Below, piece by piece: positions 1 through 11,897 of a DNA stretch of 64,000 nucleotides. The stretch is from Squalus acanthias (taxonomy: Eukaryota), in contig CM059431.1 of the NCBI GenBank assembly GCA_030390025.1, forward strand, positions 133,178,001 through 133,242,000. Direction: 5' to 3'. The translations under genes were made by a program, and so were the position numbers. How positions within the stretch are numbered: position 1 is the stretch's first letter; each line of letters starts with the position of its first letter. The notes beneath the pieces are model-generated. The model did no database searches. It saw only the letters and a program-made list of their open reading frames with translations, and was not told where the DNA came from.

Positions 1-871
1 CTGGAACTCAGTAAGACACTTCTCAAGGTGCGCACAGATCTGTCCAATAAGGTGAAGTGTTGAAAATATAGATTTCACTGTATGACAACCATTACCAGAA
101 ACTTCACATGAACATTGGCTAAACCTCTCAAGTGCCTACCCTTGTGTGTTGTTAGTTGGTATGCTTGCATTAGGATGACGGTGAGTGTGAGGGGTAGCTA
201 GTGAGATGGGGATGTGATAATGTAGATAGCGAGGGATGGGTGGAGGTGCAAGGTAAGTTGGTGTGAGTAAGGATGTGCAGGAGTAGGGTAGAGAAGGCAG
301 AGTGATGGGGATGTGATGAGTGGCACAGCAGGGTGAGGTTGAGCGTGGCATTGCAGTAACATTTCGTGATCTACTGAGATCATTGAAAGGTTGGCGCCAC
401 TGCAGCCAGGGACTCCTGACGACATCCCTGCTTGTGCCCTCCTGTGCAATGTGCAACCAGACTACGTTGATCTCCTGTGGAGGTCTCTTCCGCCCATGGG
501 AAGGGAAGAGAATCTCCCTGCGTGCTGTGACTCCCGCCATAAGCATATGGAGGGAGTCATGGGAGAGCCGGAGTGCAGCCGTGCACCCTCTGTGCAGTGC
601 TTGTCAGTGTTTGCAGCACCTCAATGCTGTAGAATACTGACAGCACAAATGTCAAAATGAATGTGGCCGTGGTACCTTTAACGAAACCGGCTGATGACGC
701 GTCATCAAATGACGTCATCAGACCCGTGTCCTTTTAATTGGTCGGGAACACCGCTGGGCGGGCTTAACAAGGCCAATCTACGGAAAATCTTTTTCAGAGA
801 GCGGCTGGAGACGGGAGCGAGACCGGAACCCGCCAACCAGCTCTCCCGCCTCCACTGGGAAAATCCAGCCC
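1..871 (-). mobile_element. Non-autonomous Harbinger derivative (partial, runs off window start) with decayed Myb/SANT exon
   Basis: Right end reads GGGCTGGATTTTCCC on the minus strand. The minus-strand ORF has REILFPSHGRKRP..WLHIAQE..RSPWLQWRQPFNDL. Highly similar to 5840-6752, 14764-16305 and 37408-38967. Confidence 0.8.
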
Positions 872-917
872 ATAGTTTTTCTTTTGATTAACATTGTTAT
901 TGATTTTTCCCCCCAAA

Positions 918-1541
918 ATTAGCCAAGGCATAGAATACAAGAGCAGGGAGGTTATGCTTGAACTGTATAAAATGCTAGTTAGGCCACAGCTAGAGTACTG
1001 CGTGCAGTTCTGATCACCACATTACAGGAAAGATGTGATTGCACTAGAGAGGGTACAGAGGAGATTTACGAGGATGTTGCCAGGACTGGAGACTTTTAGC
1101 TGTGAGAAAAGTTTGGATAGGCTGGGGTTGTTTTCTTTGGCACAGAGGAGGCTGAGGGGAGACTTAATTGAGGTGTATAAAATTATGAGGGGCCTAGATA
1201 GAGTGGATAGGAAGGACCTATTTCCCCTAGCAGAGAGGTCAATAACCAGGGGGCATAGATTTAAAGGAACTGGTAGAAGGATTATAGGGGAGTTGAGGAG
1301 AGCTTTTTTCACCCAGAGGGTGGTGGGGGGTCTGAAACACACTGCCTGACAGGGTGGTAGAGGCAGAAACCCTCATCACATTTAAAAGGTCTTTGGATAT
1401 GCACTTGAAGTGCCGTAACCTACAGGGCTACGGACCAAGCGTTGGGAAGTGGGATTCAGCTGGATAGCTCTTTTTCGGCCGGCACAGACACGATGGGCTG
1501 AATGGCCTCCTTCTGTGCCATAAATTTCTATGATTCTATGA
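918..1541 (+). mobile_element. CR1-type LINE, 3' fragment
   Basis: ORF 1035..1349 matches the CR1 ORF2 C-terminus (LERVQRRFTRMLPG..RRLRGDLIEVYKIM); ends in a TTCTATGA repeat tail. Confidence 0.9.
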
Positions 1542-2489
1542 AAATCACATTTAGGAATGTCACAGTAAGACCATTATATTCAACAAAGAAAGAATATAAT
1601 GTAGCAATAAGCATCATCTTAATCAATATAGATTTAGATCTACATCTTCTTTGCCTCTTAAGAGAAATTAGATATCTGGGTTTGATTTGCACTGGCTTCA
1701 ATTCAACAGAACTACTCTGATACCATCACAAACTGAGAGCTTATCAGCTTAAATAACACCCTTCAGACGTCTCATGGACATCTATTTCATCTGAAATAAA
1801 ATGAACTTATTCTATATTTATTTGACTTCCATGTGTACCTAAATAACAACAATCGCCCCTTCAAAGTAACTCGCTGTATGTGAAGTGCTTTGAGCCATTT
1901 CTGATATATAACGCACTATTGAAAAGGAAGCTAGCTGGTCCCTCACTTACTTTGACAGTTTCGTAAATTGCAGTGTCCTTTGGAAATATACAAAATCATA
2001 GATGGTACCATGTGGCAGTTCTCATGAGATTATGATGAAGTGGCCCCTCACCAGAATATTCAATACAGCACCACAACCTGTATTATAATGCATTATAATA
2101 CTGTACATGTTGATGTCTTGTTTGCCACACAGAAACTCTGCTTCTTTTACATACCTATTCTAGAGTATGCTTTTTGTGTGGCTCCCAAAGGGTTTACACA
2201 GAAGGCTCCATTATACTTTGTGCTGCTAATGATGGCGACTGTGGTGGTTGCATCATTAAAAATCTAACAGAAGCCAGTACTGCGACTGAATTGAGATCTG
2301 AATTCTTGTACAGTTTTGTGTGGTGCCAGTAAAATATGAGCAGATCTTAAGCAATATGTGATGTTGAAATCATACGCTGGTCAATCTAGCATATGCCTAG
2401 GGTACTATTCATTATTTGAAATAACCACTTAAGTTGCACACTCAACCATTCAGCACACAAGAAAAGTTGCTGCAAGAATGCGATATCCA

Positions 2490-2890
2490 ACTCCCTCGAT
2501 GGCTCAATTGGTAAATGCACTACACAATGTGGTAATGAGCCATACAGACCGGGAATGTCTATGGTTTCATCTGTATTGAGTTAGGTGACTTCATCCAGGG
2601 TGCCAAAACAGATTACAATAGGCCTCAGCCTCTCTGGTTGAGGGAGAGGAAAATTAGCCAGAGTTGCTCTTTAGCTTGCTATTCAGTGGCCCCTGCTGGA
2701 AAGTGCCTGTGTGGACATTAAATTAAGGTGGGATCAGGCTACATGGAGATGCCCCTCATGATTCAATAGTCAACTGTCTAGGTTCACACATTAAGAATGA
2801 ATATTTGGGTTAAGTGCTGGAGGGCTATTGCTGGTTGTGGAACTGTACCCCAGTATGAAATAGTATCTCAGGAGAGGAGGGAAGGAAACT
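2490..2890 (+). repeat. Old tRNA-derived SINE-like repeat (family not assigned)
   Basis: A-box-like TGGCTCAATTGG at the 5' end; diverged similarity to about 30705-31045 and 63845-63925. Boundaries approximate. Confidence 0.4.
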
Positions 2891-2989
2891 GGAAGAAAGA
2901 AAATTGAATGTGATGTTTTTTCAGTCTGAAGTCAACTGAATCATCAAGAGCCTGAGATAAGGTTTCTGACTACACTGAAATAAGTTTCA

Positions 2990-3353
2990 GGGGGCAAAAT
3001 TCGGTTGCTTTGCGCATCCCGTTAGTGCCCTAAGAGGGCACTAATGGAGCGCAAAGCAACTAGCGCCCGGGCGCGGCGATGTTTGCGCCGCTCATGAAAT
3101 TGACCAGACATTTTGCGGCGGTGCTAAACACTACCACCACGATCTCCCGTGCCCGCAGATTGTGACGTCAGTCGAGGGTGCAACGCCCCGGTAGCGCCCG
3201 GACCGGATATTGAGTGGCGCCCCCTGCCTTTCTGCCTGCTGCTAGCAACAACAGGTAGAGGGGAACGTTTTGCAGTCGGGGACTGGGGGAGCGCTATTTA
3301 AAGGCAACCGCTTCCTGCCTTTTTTTGTCGGCGATATTTTTGCACCACGCATT

Positions 3354-3394
<41 letters not shown>

Positions 3395-3881
3395 CTGGAG
3401 AGATTCAACGCTGTGTGAAGGAGTTTTGGGTACTGAACAGCACTTTGCAGGTTCATTTTGATTTGACATTCCTTGCATCGATTTAGAAGAGACTATGGGG
3501 GCTGCACTCTGAGCTCTTTCCCTGGGCCTCTCCATTGTTCTTTCCAGCAGAATTGATGTACAGGTCTCCCCAGGCCAAGATTCAAGGCTGCAATGAGCAG
3601 GGTGTGGATGGAAAGCAAAATCGAGCCTCCCCTTTAAGAACTGGCTGGCGCCAGTGTGTCTGTGTTCCATTGCTGACTGACATCACATGAGCTTCGCCAG
3701 CACTCTGAGGTAGCATTAGCACCTTAAGAGAGGTGTGTAGCGCCTGATTTAGCGCTCCAATCACCTCCAGCGGCGATAGAAGCCAAGTTTGCAGTCGGAG
3801 GCAATAATTAGCGCCAGGCGCTAAACTTTGCGCCCGGCCGATAATTGCGCCCCAAACGGGGTGATACCGAATTTCTCCCCC
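2990..3881. mobile_element. Harbinger-type MITE with TIRs and TCA target-site duplication
   Basis: Ends GGGGGCAAAATTCGGT ... ACCGAATTTCTCCCCC, flanked by tca on both sides. Many subterminal TAGCGCC/GGCGCTA motifs. Confidence 0.85.
3356..3391. repeat. (GA)18 microsatellite inside the MITE
   Basis: Perfect GA dinucleotide run. Confidence 0.95.
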
Positions 3882-4920
3882 TCAGTCTTTTAGCTACTTT
3901 CTTTTGTCTATTTGTGTCGCTGTAGCAGGTGTCCCCAGAGGTGAGCTGAAGCCGTGGTTGTACTGCCCACTTCATTTACTCTGACATAGAGAAAGGCAGA
4001 TTCTGTGCATGTATATTCAAAAGAATGTATGGAGTGATGATTACAAACCTCTGGTTGCAAGTGAAGTTTCTAATGATTGAAAAAAGTGGACCAGATAGTC
4101 CTCTCCTTTCAAATTATTAACTGAATAGTGATACAGTAGAACACCAGAGTTGAAAACATTTTTTTAAATGGTGTAAATTTTAAAAGAACAATGCAAACCA
4201 ACCCCAGATGATCAGTACGAATGGTACAAGACCAACTCTCTTCCATAATCTTGTCCCGAGCATTAAACTTCCACTTCCTCAAAAAGTATCAGAATTATAC
4301 TAACATATGTGGCATAGTTGGGTCATTAATGCTCAAAATCTTAAGGTGGAAAATCAACTGTGCAACTCATATGCATGAACGATATTAGAAAAATGGAGCA
4401 CATGCATTGTGCATTAACCATCAACCGATATTTTGGCGACATTTAATCAATTGTGCACATCACAAGATCATATCTGTATGCTGTACCAGATAATACCCTC
4501 TGGACCCGAGGCAAAAAAAATCAGTTTCAAATTCAGTTGTACAGGTATTAGGACAGGCCTTAATGACCAGGGTTGAGTGTTAAGGAGCATTTAGTACATA
4601 CAAAGTCCTCTCTAGTGTTAGCTTGTCAGTGGTTGTATTTCTTTCAAAATATATATTTTTTAATGTTTTCATCCCTTATTTGCACAGCTGTGTTCTTTGA
4701 CAGCTAGATCAAAGAAATTGTCAGCAAAAAACTGTTTAGCAAGAACAATTCAAAACTGGCGAATTTCAGGATGTTTTGAAGCCAGTTGTGTTATAAAACA
4801 CAGCTTATACTATTGATTTTAAAACAAGTATGAAAAACGCTCCAATTAATCTTCATGTGTAACTTAAATTTGTGAAGGAAATGCAAAACAGACTTACTGA
4901 TTTTTCGTATACAACCTTAC

Positions 4921-5055
4921 CTCTTTGGCTATCTTGGTCAGAGCAGCTGTTTCAGCCTTGCCCAATTGTTGCACCATCTTGTAGAACAGACCATCTTTGT
5001 TCTCAAGAAGAATGTAGGGTTCTTCATACTCTGCAACTCTTCCTGCATCCAGTAC
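4921..5055 (-). CDS. ABCC4: ABCC4-like exon (135 bp), probably the penultimate coding exon
   Basis: Manual translation [45 protein letters not shown]. ctatag acceptor, gtaagg donor, phase 0/0. No stop codon, so the gene continues toward lower coordinates. Confidence 0.93.
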
Positions 5056-5297
5056 CTATAGCCAACATTTAAAGCAAAAGCGCTCAAGTTGCATTGTCCA
5101 CCATGCTGTGTTTTCAGGGTTTATGTGAGTATTAATTTAAAAACAGAAGGTGGCTCATAGAATGAGAAAGGAAGAAAGACAGACAGACAGACAGAAAGAC
5201 CCAAATGTGGAGTCTCTTTGGCAACTGTTTTTTGCATGCCATTTAATTTGTTTTGAGAGGCTGGATTTCAGATATGATCTGAACTCTGAAACACCGT

Positions 5298-5817
5298 GGG
5301 GGAAAAATTGGGTCGCGCCCCCTTTGGGGCGCTAACTTCGCCAGGGCGCTACTTTTAGCGTCCCGAAAAAAATAGCACCTCCCACGCCCAAAATTCACTG
5401 GTAGCGCCCCAAGAGGGAGGTGGGGCGCTACTGGAAGCCCCCTGGGGGGCTGCACAGAAGGCTGGGAACAGCAACGGGGGCAGGTGCTGGCAGGTGGCCA
5501 GCAACAAAAATGGCCGCCCCGGCACCTCCCCTTTAATGTGCGCCGCCCCGGCCACAGGTAGTCCGCCCTGACCCTGTCGGACATAGGGTCCGGCGGTAAG
5601 TCAGGGGGCACTACCCAAGATTGCGGCCGGGGTCCTGCGCACGGCGATGACATCATCGCCAGTGGCGCAGCGCCGCGGGGCGCTAATGGTTACCTGCCGC
5701 TGCTAACCTCCCGCTGAATTTCGCGGGAGGCGTTGGCGGCGCCGCACCCAGGCGCTAGTTGCTTTGCGGCCCGTTAGCGCCCTAACGGGAGGCGCAAATC
5801 AACTGAATATTTCCCCC
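5298..5817. mobile_element. MITE of the same family as 2990-3881, inverted orientation
   Basis: Ends GGGGGAAAAATTGGGT ... CTGAATATTTCCCCC. The reverse complement of its right end aligns with the left end of 2990-3881 (cccgttag..gcaaagcaactagcgcc). No clean TSD. Confidence 0.75.
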
Positions 5818-5839
5818 AGCATCTTCAGATTGATTTATA

Positions 5840-6752
5840 GGGCTGAATTTTGCCGGCGCTCAGAGTGCGGGTTTGGAGCCGGGTCCGCTGTCAAAATTAC
5901 AAAGATCCCGCTGTAAACCCGCCTCCTTTTCAGTTTCCCAAATGTCGGGTCTGTCATCCCTGAACAGACCCGACACCAAGCGGCGGGTCAGCCAATTTAG
6001 ATTGTTAAAAGCTTATTTAAAGGTAGTTAAGAACCATTTCACCATTCACTGGAACTCACTAACTCACTAACACACTTTCAAAGTTCACATGAACATTGGC
6101 TAAAACACCCAAGTGCCTACCCTTGTGTGTTGTTAGTTGGTATGATTTGACTAAGATGAGGGGGAGTGTGAGGGGTGACTAGTGAGATGTGGAAGTGATG
6201 ATGTAGATAGAGAGGGATGGGTGGAGGTGCAAGGTAAGTTGGTGTGAATAAGGATGTGCAGGAGTAGGGTAGGGAAGGCAAAGTGATGGGGATGTGATGA
6301 ATGGCACAGGAGGATGAGGTTGAGTGTGGCTTTGCAGTAACTTTCGTGATCTACTGAGATCATTGAAAGGTTTGCGCCACTGCAGCCTGGTCCTCCTGAC
6401 CACATCCCTGCTTGTGTCCTCCTGTGCAATGTGCAACCAGGCTGCGTTGGTCTCCTGGGGAGGTCTCTTCCGCCCATTGGAAGGGAAGATGATCTCCCTG
6501 TGTGCTGTGACTCTCTCCATAAGCAAATGGAGGGAGTCATGGGAGAGCCTGGATGCAGCCGTGCACCTTTGTGCAGTGCTTGTCAGTGTTTGCAGCACCT
6601 CAATGCTTCCTTTTAATTGGCCGTGAACCTCGCAGGGCGGGCTTAACAAGCCCAATCAGGGCAAAATCACTTGGAGGAGGCGGGATGAAGACGGGAGCGA
6701 GTTTGTGGCTGCTGTCTGCTCCGGACTCGCCACGGCTGGCAAAATTGCGGCC
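5840..6752 (-). mobile_element. Non-autonomous Harbinger derivative with decayed Myb/SANT exon, ATA TSD
   Basis: TIRs GGGCTGAATTTTGCC / GGCAAAATTGCGGCC with ata on both flanks. ORF 6179..6655 has SLHLLMERV..REIIFP..AWLHIAQE..QWRKPFNDL. Confidence 0.88.
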
Positions 6753-8573
6753 ATACAATCTGAATTGGAGCTGGTGTAAAAGACTTCAGGTTTGATTCCT
6801 CAATGGCACACCTTATGACAAATTATTACTTCATCCCCTGTGGCATTGCACTTCGGGAGTCAGAGGAAGTGGTATTTTATGAGGAAGTGGATATGTCATA
6901 GCATTGGTTGTGGTAGGTGAGACAATGTTGTTTGTTGACGCAGGTTATTTGGTTTGTAAGGATTTCAGAGGGGTGTGGGATGAATTAAATGGGCAGGGTG
7001 AATAAGTATCAGTAAAGAAAATATTGAGGATTTTTTTTGAGAGGCAGTGATACTCAGGGTACAGTAGTGAAGGGGAAAGCAGGGGTAAATAAGTAGTTGA
7101 GGGGATCGAGGATGTCGTGGGGTGACTAATACAGCGAAACCTGTAAATTAGGGACACTTAAGGGACTTGCATCAGGTGTGCTTTATTTGTAGGCGTCCTT
7201 ATTTTCAAAACGGTCACTGTATGTACAGTATACTGGATGAGCCAAATATCCCAGGATTGGCTGCATCTCCTGCAGCGTTCCTTCAATTTTTCCTCGCTCA
7301 CCTGGGATTGTGCCCAATTCTGGAGCCCTGCCAGCAGGATGTGATTTCATTCTCTATTCTTTGGATTTCTCAGTTCATTGCCATCCCAGGGTCCTTTTCC
7401 ATTGAGGGAGGGATGTCCATCTCTCCCCTCAGATCCCATTCCCAACCTCCATCTTCCCCCGAGCCCACGTTCCCCAGTCTCCCTCTAACTGAGCCCCCTC
7501 CCCCATACAATTTCAGGCACCTCCCCACTCCCCGCGATTTCAGTGCACCACCACATGATTTCAGACCTCCTTCACCCCCCCAACCCCTCACCATGTTTTT
7601 CATGTGGGCGCACTGCCGTGGGAAATTAAATTGCTGGTGGCAGCAGTCCGGATAGGAATCCCCAATTCCGGGAAACTGTGGAGTGAGATGTGATGTTGCA
7701 TGGAGCACTTCCGGAATGGGGAGTTCTTTACCCAGCATTCATAGCGGCAGAGAAACCGCTTTATTCCCGGGATAGTGCTGTGCAAGCATTCAATCCCAGA
7801 GATAGAGTGGTTTCTCTGTCGCTATGGACGCTGGGTAAAGAGATCTCCATTCCACAAAAGCCATTTCTTTCACCGGCTGCCGCCTTGCTCTTATCCTGTG
7901 TGTCCCATGTTTTAAGTTGTAAAGGTACTTGGTGCATTAAAGGCCACCCATAGTTCGTAATTTGCGAGTGTCCATGATTTCAAGGTGCAGTTTGTATCGA
8001 TTACAATGTAAATTACTTGTGACTGTGAATAAGTATCCAATTTTTGCTGGTGTCCTTTTTGGGGGAGGGGGGGCTGTCCATTTGTAAGGTTTCAACCTAA
8101 TTGGGGGCAGAGTTGGGGTGCATGGGATGCTTACATTTTGGGTTGGTGGATGGAGAAAAAAACAGTGGCATTAGGAAAAACAGAAAAAAGATGAATTTTT
8201 TTTGACGGTCCATGCTCTTTCCCCCCCCAGCCCCCCGCCCAAGGTCTGTTGCCCATTCTGTTTTTTCCCAGTATCATTTCAATAGCCCTGCTGTGCCGTG
8301 TACTTATTCATTCCTTGCTGTTTTTTTAAATAGCCTGTTATGTTGTGTTTTTTATTTCCTGTTTTTAAATACCTTGCTTATTCTGTATGTTTTCTTTCCC
8401 TGCTTTATAATGAATAGTCTCATTGTGTTGTGTGTTTTGTGTCCCCACTCTTCTTACCTATTATCCATTGTTTGTTTTTTTTCCTTCCCTGTACTTTTTA
8501 AGAGCCCATTACATTTTTGGAATTTTACTGTGGTGTTATTTTTTTTTTTGAGTTGAGCCTCTTAGATCACTCC

Positions 8574-11500
8574 CATAGAATCATAGAAAGTTACAGCACG
8601 GAAGGAGGCCATTTCGGCCCATCGTATCCGCACCGGCCAACAAAGAGCTATCCAGCTTAATCCCACTTCCCAGCTCTTGGTCCATAGCCCTGCAGGTTAG
8701 AGCATCCCAAGTGCACATCCAAGTACTTTTTAAATGTGGTTAGGGTTCCTGCCTCTACCACCCTTTCAGGCAGTGAGTTCCAGACCCCCACAACCCTCTG
8801 GGTGAAGAAATTTCCCCTCAAATCCCCTCTAAACCTTCCACCAATTACTTTAAATCTGTGCCCCCTGGTTTCTGACCCCTCTGTTAAGGGAAATAGGTCC
8901 TTTCTATCCACTTTATCTATGCCCCTCATAATTTTATACACCTCAATAAGGTCTCCCCTCAGCCTCCTCTGTTCCAAGGAAAACAGACCCAGCCTATCCA
9001 GTCTTTCCTCATAGCTAAGATTCTCTACTCCCGGCAACATCCTTGTAAATCTCCTCTGTACCCTCTCTAGTTCAATCACATCTTTCCTATAAGGTGGTGA
9101 CCAGAACTGTACGCAGTACTCTAGCCGAGGCCTAACTTAGTGTTTTATACAGTTGAAGCATAACCCCACCTGCTCTTATATTCTATGTCATGGCTAATAA
9201 AGGCAAGCATTCCGTATGCCTTCTTAACCACCTTATCTACTTGGCCTGCTACATTCAGGGATCTGTGGACATGCACTCCAAGGTTCCTTTGTTCCTCTAC
9301 ACTACTCAGTGTCCTACCATTTAATGTGTATTCCCTTTCCTTGTTAGCCCTCCCCAAATGCATTACCTCACACTTCTCCGGATTGAATTCCATTTGCCAC
9401 TGTTCTGCCCACCTGACCAATTTACTGATATCTTCCTGCAGTCTACAGCTTCCTTCTTCAGTATCAACCACACAGCCGATTTTAGTATCATCTGCAAACT
9501 TCTTAATCATACCCCCTATATTCAAGTCAAGATCGTTGATATATACCACAAAAAGCAAGGGACCTAGTACTGAGCCCTGCGGAACCCCACTGGAAACAGC
9601 CTTCCAGTCAGAAAAACACCCATCAACCATTACCCTCTGCTTCCTGTCTCCGAGCCAGTTTTGAATCCAACTTGACACTTTGCCCTGGATCCCATGGGCT
9701 TTTAACTTTGTGACCAGTCTGCCATGTGGAACCTTATCAAAAGACTTGCTAAAGTCCATATACACTACATCAAACGCACTACCCTCATTACCTCAAAAAA
9801 TTCAATAAAGTTTGTCAGACACGACCTTCCCTTAACAAATCCGTGCTGACTATCCTTGATTAATCCGTGTCTTTCTAAATAAAGATTTATCCTGTCCTTC
9901 AGAATTCTTTCCAGTAATTTTCCCACCACCAAGGTTAGGCTGACTGGCCTGTAATTACTCCATCTATCCTTTTCTCCCTTTTTAAACAAGGATACCACAT
10001 TAGCAGTCCTCCAGCACCACACCTGAAGCCAGAGGGGATTGAAAAATGATGGTCAGAGCCTCTGCTATTTCCTCTTTTGCTTCGCTTAACAGCCTGGGAT
10101 ACATTTCATCCGGGCCTGGTGATTTATCCACTTTTAAAGCTGCTAAACCCCTTAATACTTCCTCTCTCACTATGTTTATTTCATCGAATATTTCACACTC
10201 CCCCCCTCTGATAGCAATGTCTGCTTCGCCCCTCTTCTTTGTGAAAACAGACGCAAAGTATTCATTAAGAACCCTACTGACGTCTCCCGCCTCCACACAC
10301 AGATTACCCTCATGATCTCGAATAGGCCCTACCCTTTCTTTAGTTATCCTCTTACTCTTAATATATTTATAAAACATCTTTGGGTTTTCCTTGATTTTAC
10401 TTGCCAAGAATTTTTCATGCTCTCTCTTTGCTTTCCTAATATCATTTTTAATTGCACCCCTGTACCTTCTGTACTCCTCTAAAGATTCTGGAGTATTTAG
10501 CCCTCGGTATCTGTCATACGCCTCCCTTTTTTTCTTTATCCTACCCTGTATGGCTCTAGACATCCAGGGGGCTCTAGATTTGTTAGTCCCACCTTTTTTC
10601 TTTAAGGGCATATGTTTGGTCTGAACCCTCTGGATCTCCTCCTTGAATGCCTCCCACTGCTCTGACACTGATTTACCTTCAAGTAGCTGTTTCCAGTCCA
10701 CTATGGCTAAATCCCCTCTGAGCTTAGCAAAATTTGCTTTTCCCCAATTTAGAATTTTTATTCCTGGTCTATCCTTGTCCTTTTCCATAACTACCTTAAA
10801 TATAACAGAATTATGGTCACTAGCACCAAAATGCTCCCCCACTGATACTCCTTCTACCTGCCCAGCTTCATTCCTTAAAACTAAGTCCTGCAGTCTACAG
10901 CTTCCTTCTTCAGTATCAACCACACAGCTGATTTTAGTATCATCTGCAAACTTCTTAATCATACCTCCTATATTCAAGTCAAGATCGTTGATATATACCA
11001 CAAAAAGCCTTTGTTGGGCTTGCTACATACTGGCTAAAAAAGTTCTCCTGGATGCATTTTAGGAATTCCGCACCTTCTATACCCTTCACACTAATTTTAT
11101 CCCAGTTAATATTGGGGTAGTTGAAATCCCCTACTATTACTGCCCTATAGTTTTTGCACTTCTCAGAAATTTGTCTGCATATTTGTTCTTCTATCTCCCT
11201 CTCACTGTTTGGGGGTCCGTAGTATACTCCCAGCAGTGTGATCGCCCCTTTTTTGTTTTTCAATTCGACCCATATGGCCTCGTTTGATGATTCCTCCAAC
11301 ATAGCAGACCTCCTCACAGCTGTAATAGTTTCTTCAATCAATACCGCGACCCCCCCTCCCATTTTACTGCCCTCTCTATCCCGTCTGAAAATCCTGTAAC
11401 CAGGAATGTTCAGCTGCCATACCTGCCCCTCTTTCAGCCACGTCTCTGTAATAGCTATAATATCATAGTCCCAAGTATCTACCTGTGCCCTCAGCTCATC

Positions 11501-11897
11501 TGCCTTGTTCGCTATACTCCTTGCATTGAAGTATATACCATTTAGTACAGGCAAACCTCCTTGTTGACTACTATCTAGCCCTTGATTCCTCTGTCCTTCC
11601 AATTTACTTTCTACGTTTTTGTTTTCCAATTCCAGTTTTTCTTCCCTCCCTATTGACTCTATACTTAGGTTCCCATCCCCCTGCCAAGCTAGTTTAAACC
11701 CTCCTCAACAGCACTAGCAAACCCTCCCGCGAGGATATTGGTCCCATTCCTGTTGAAGTGCAACCCGACTGGCTTGTAGAGGTCCCACCTCCCCCAGAAA
11801 CGGTTCCAATTCCTCAGGAATCTAAAGCCCTCCCTCCTACACCATCTCTCCAGCCACGCTCTATCTGCTCTATCTTCCTATTTCTGAACTCACTAGC
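8574..11897 (-). mobile_element. CR1-type LINE: end of ORF1 plus nearly whole ORF2 (APE endonuclease and RT), frameshifted
   Basis: ORF fragments show the endonuclease motifs YFNARSI, ITETWL and GDFNYP and the RT motifs GVPQGSVLGP and KFADD. TTCTATG tail at 8574. 5' boundary approximate. Confidence 0.92.

Noticed and set aside
1..4920. ABCC4 terminal exon ending in an ETAL-like motif and stop
   Set aside because: No convincing acceptor-ORF-stop found by eye; it probably lies beyond the window start.
7140..7950. GC-rich segment with repeated CCCGGGA/CCCAGGA motifs, possible DNA transposon
   Set aside because: I could not define TIRs or a TSD, and the ORFs are Pro/Gly-rich noise.
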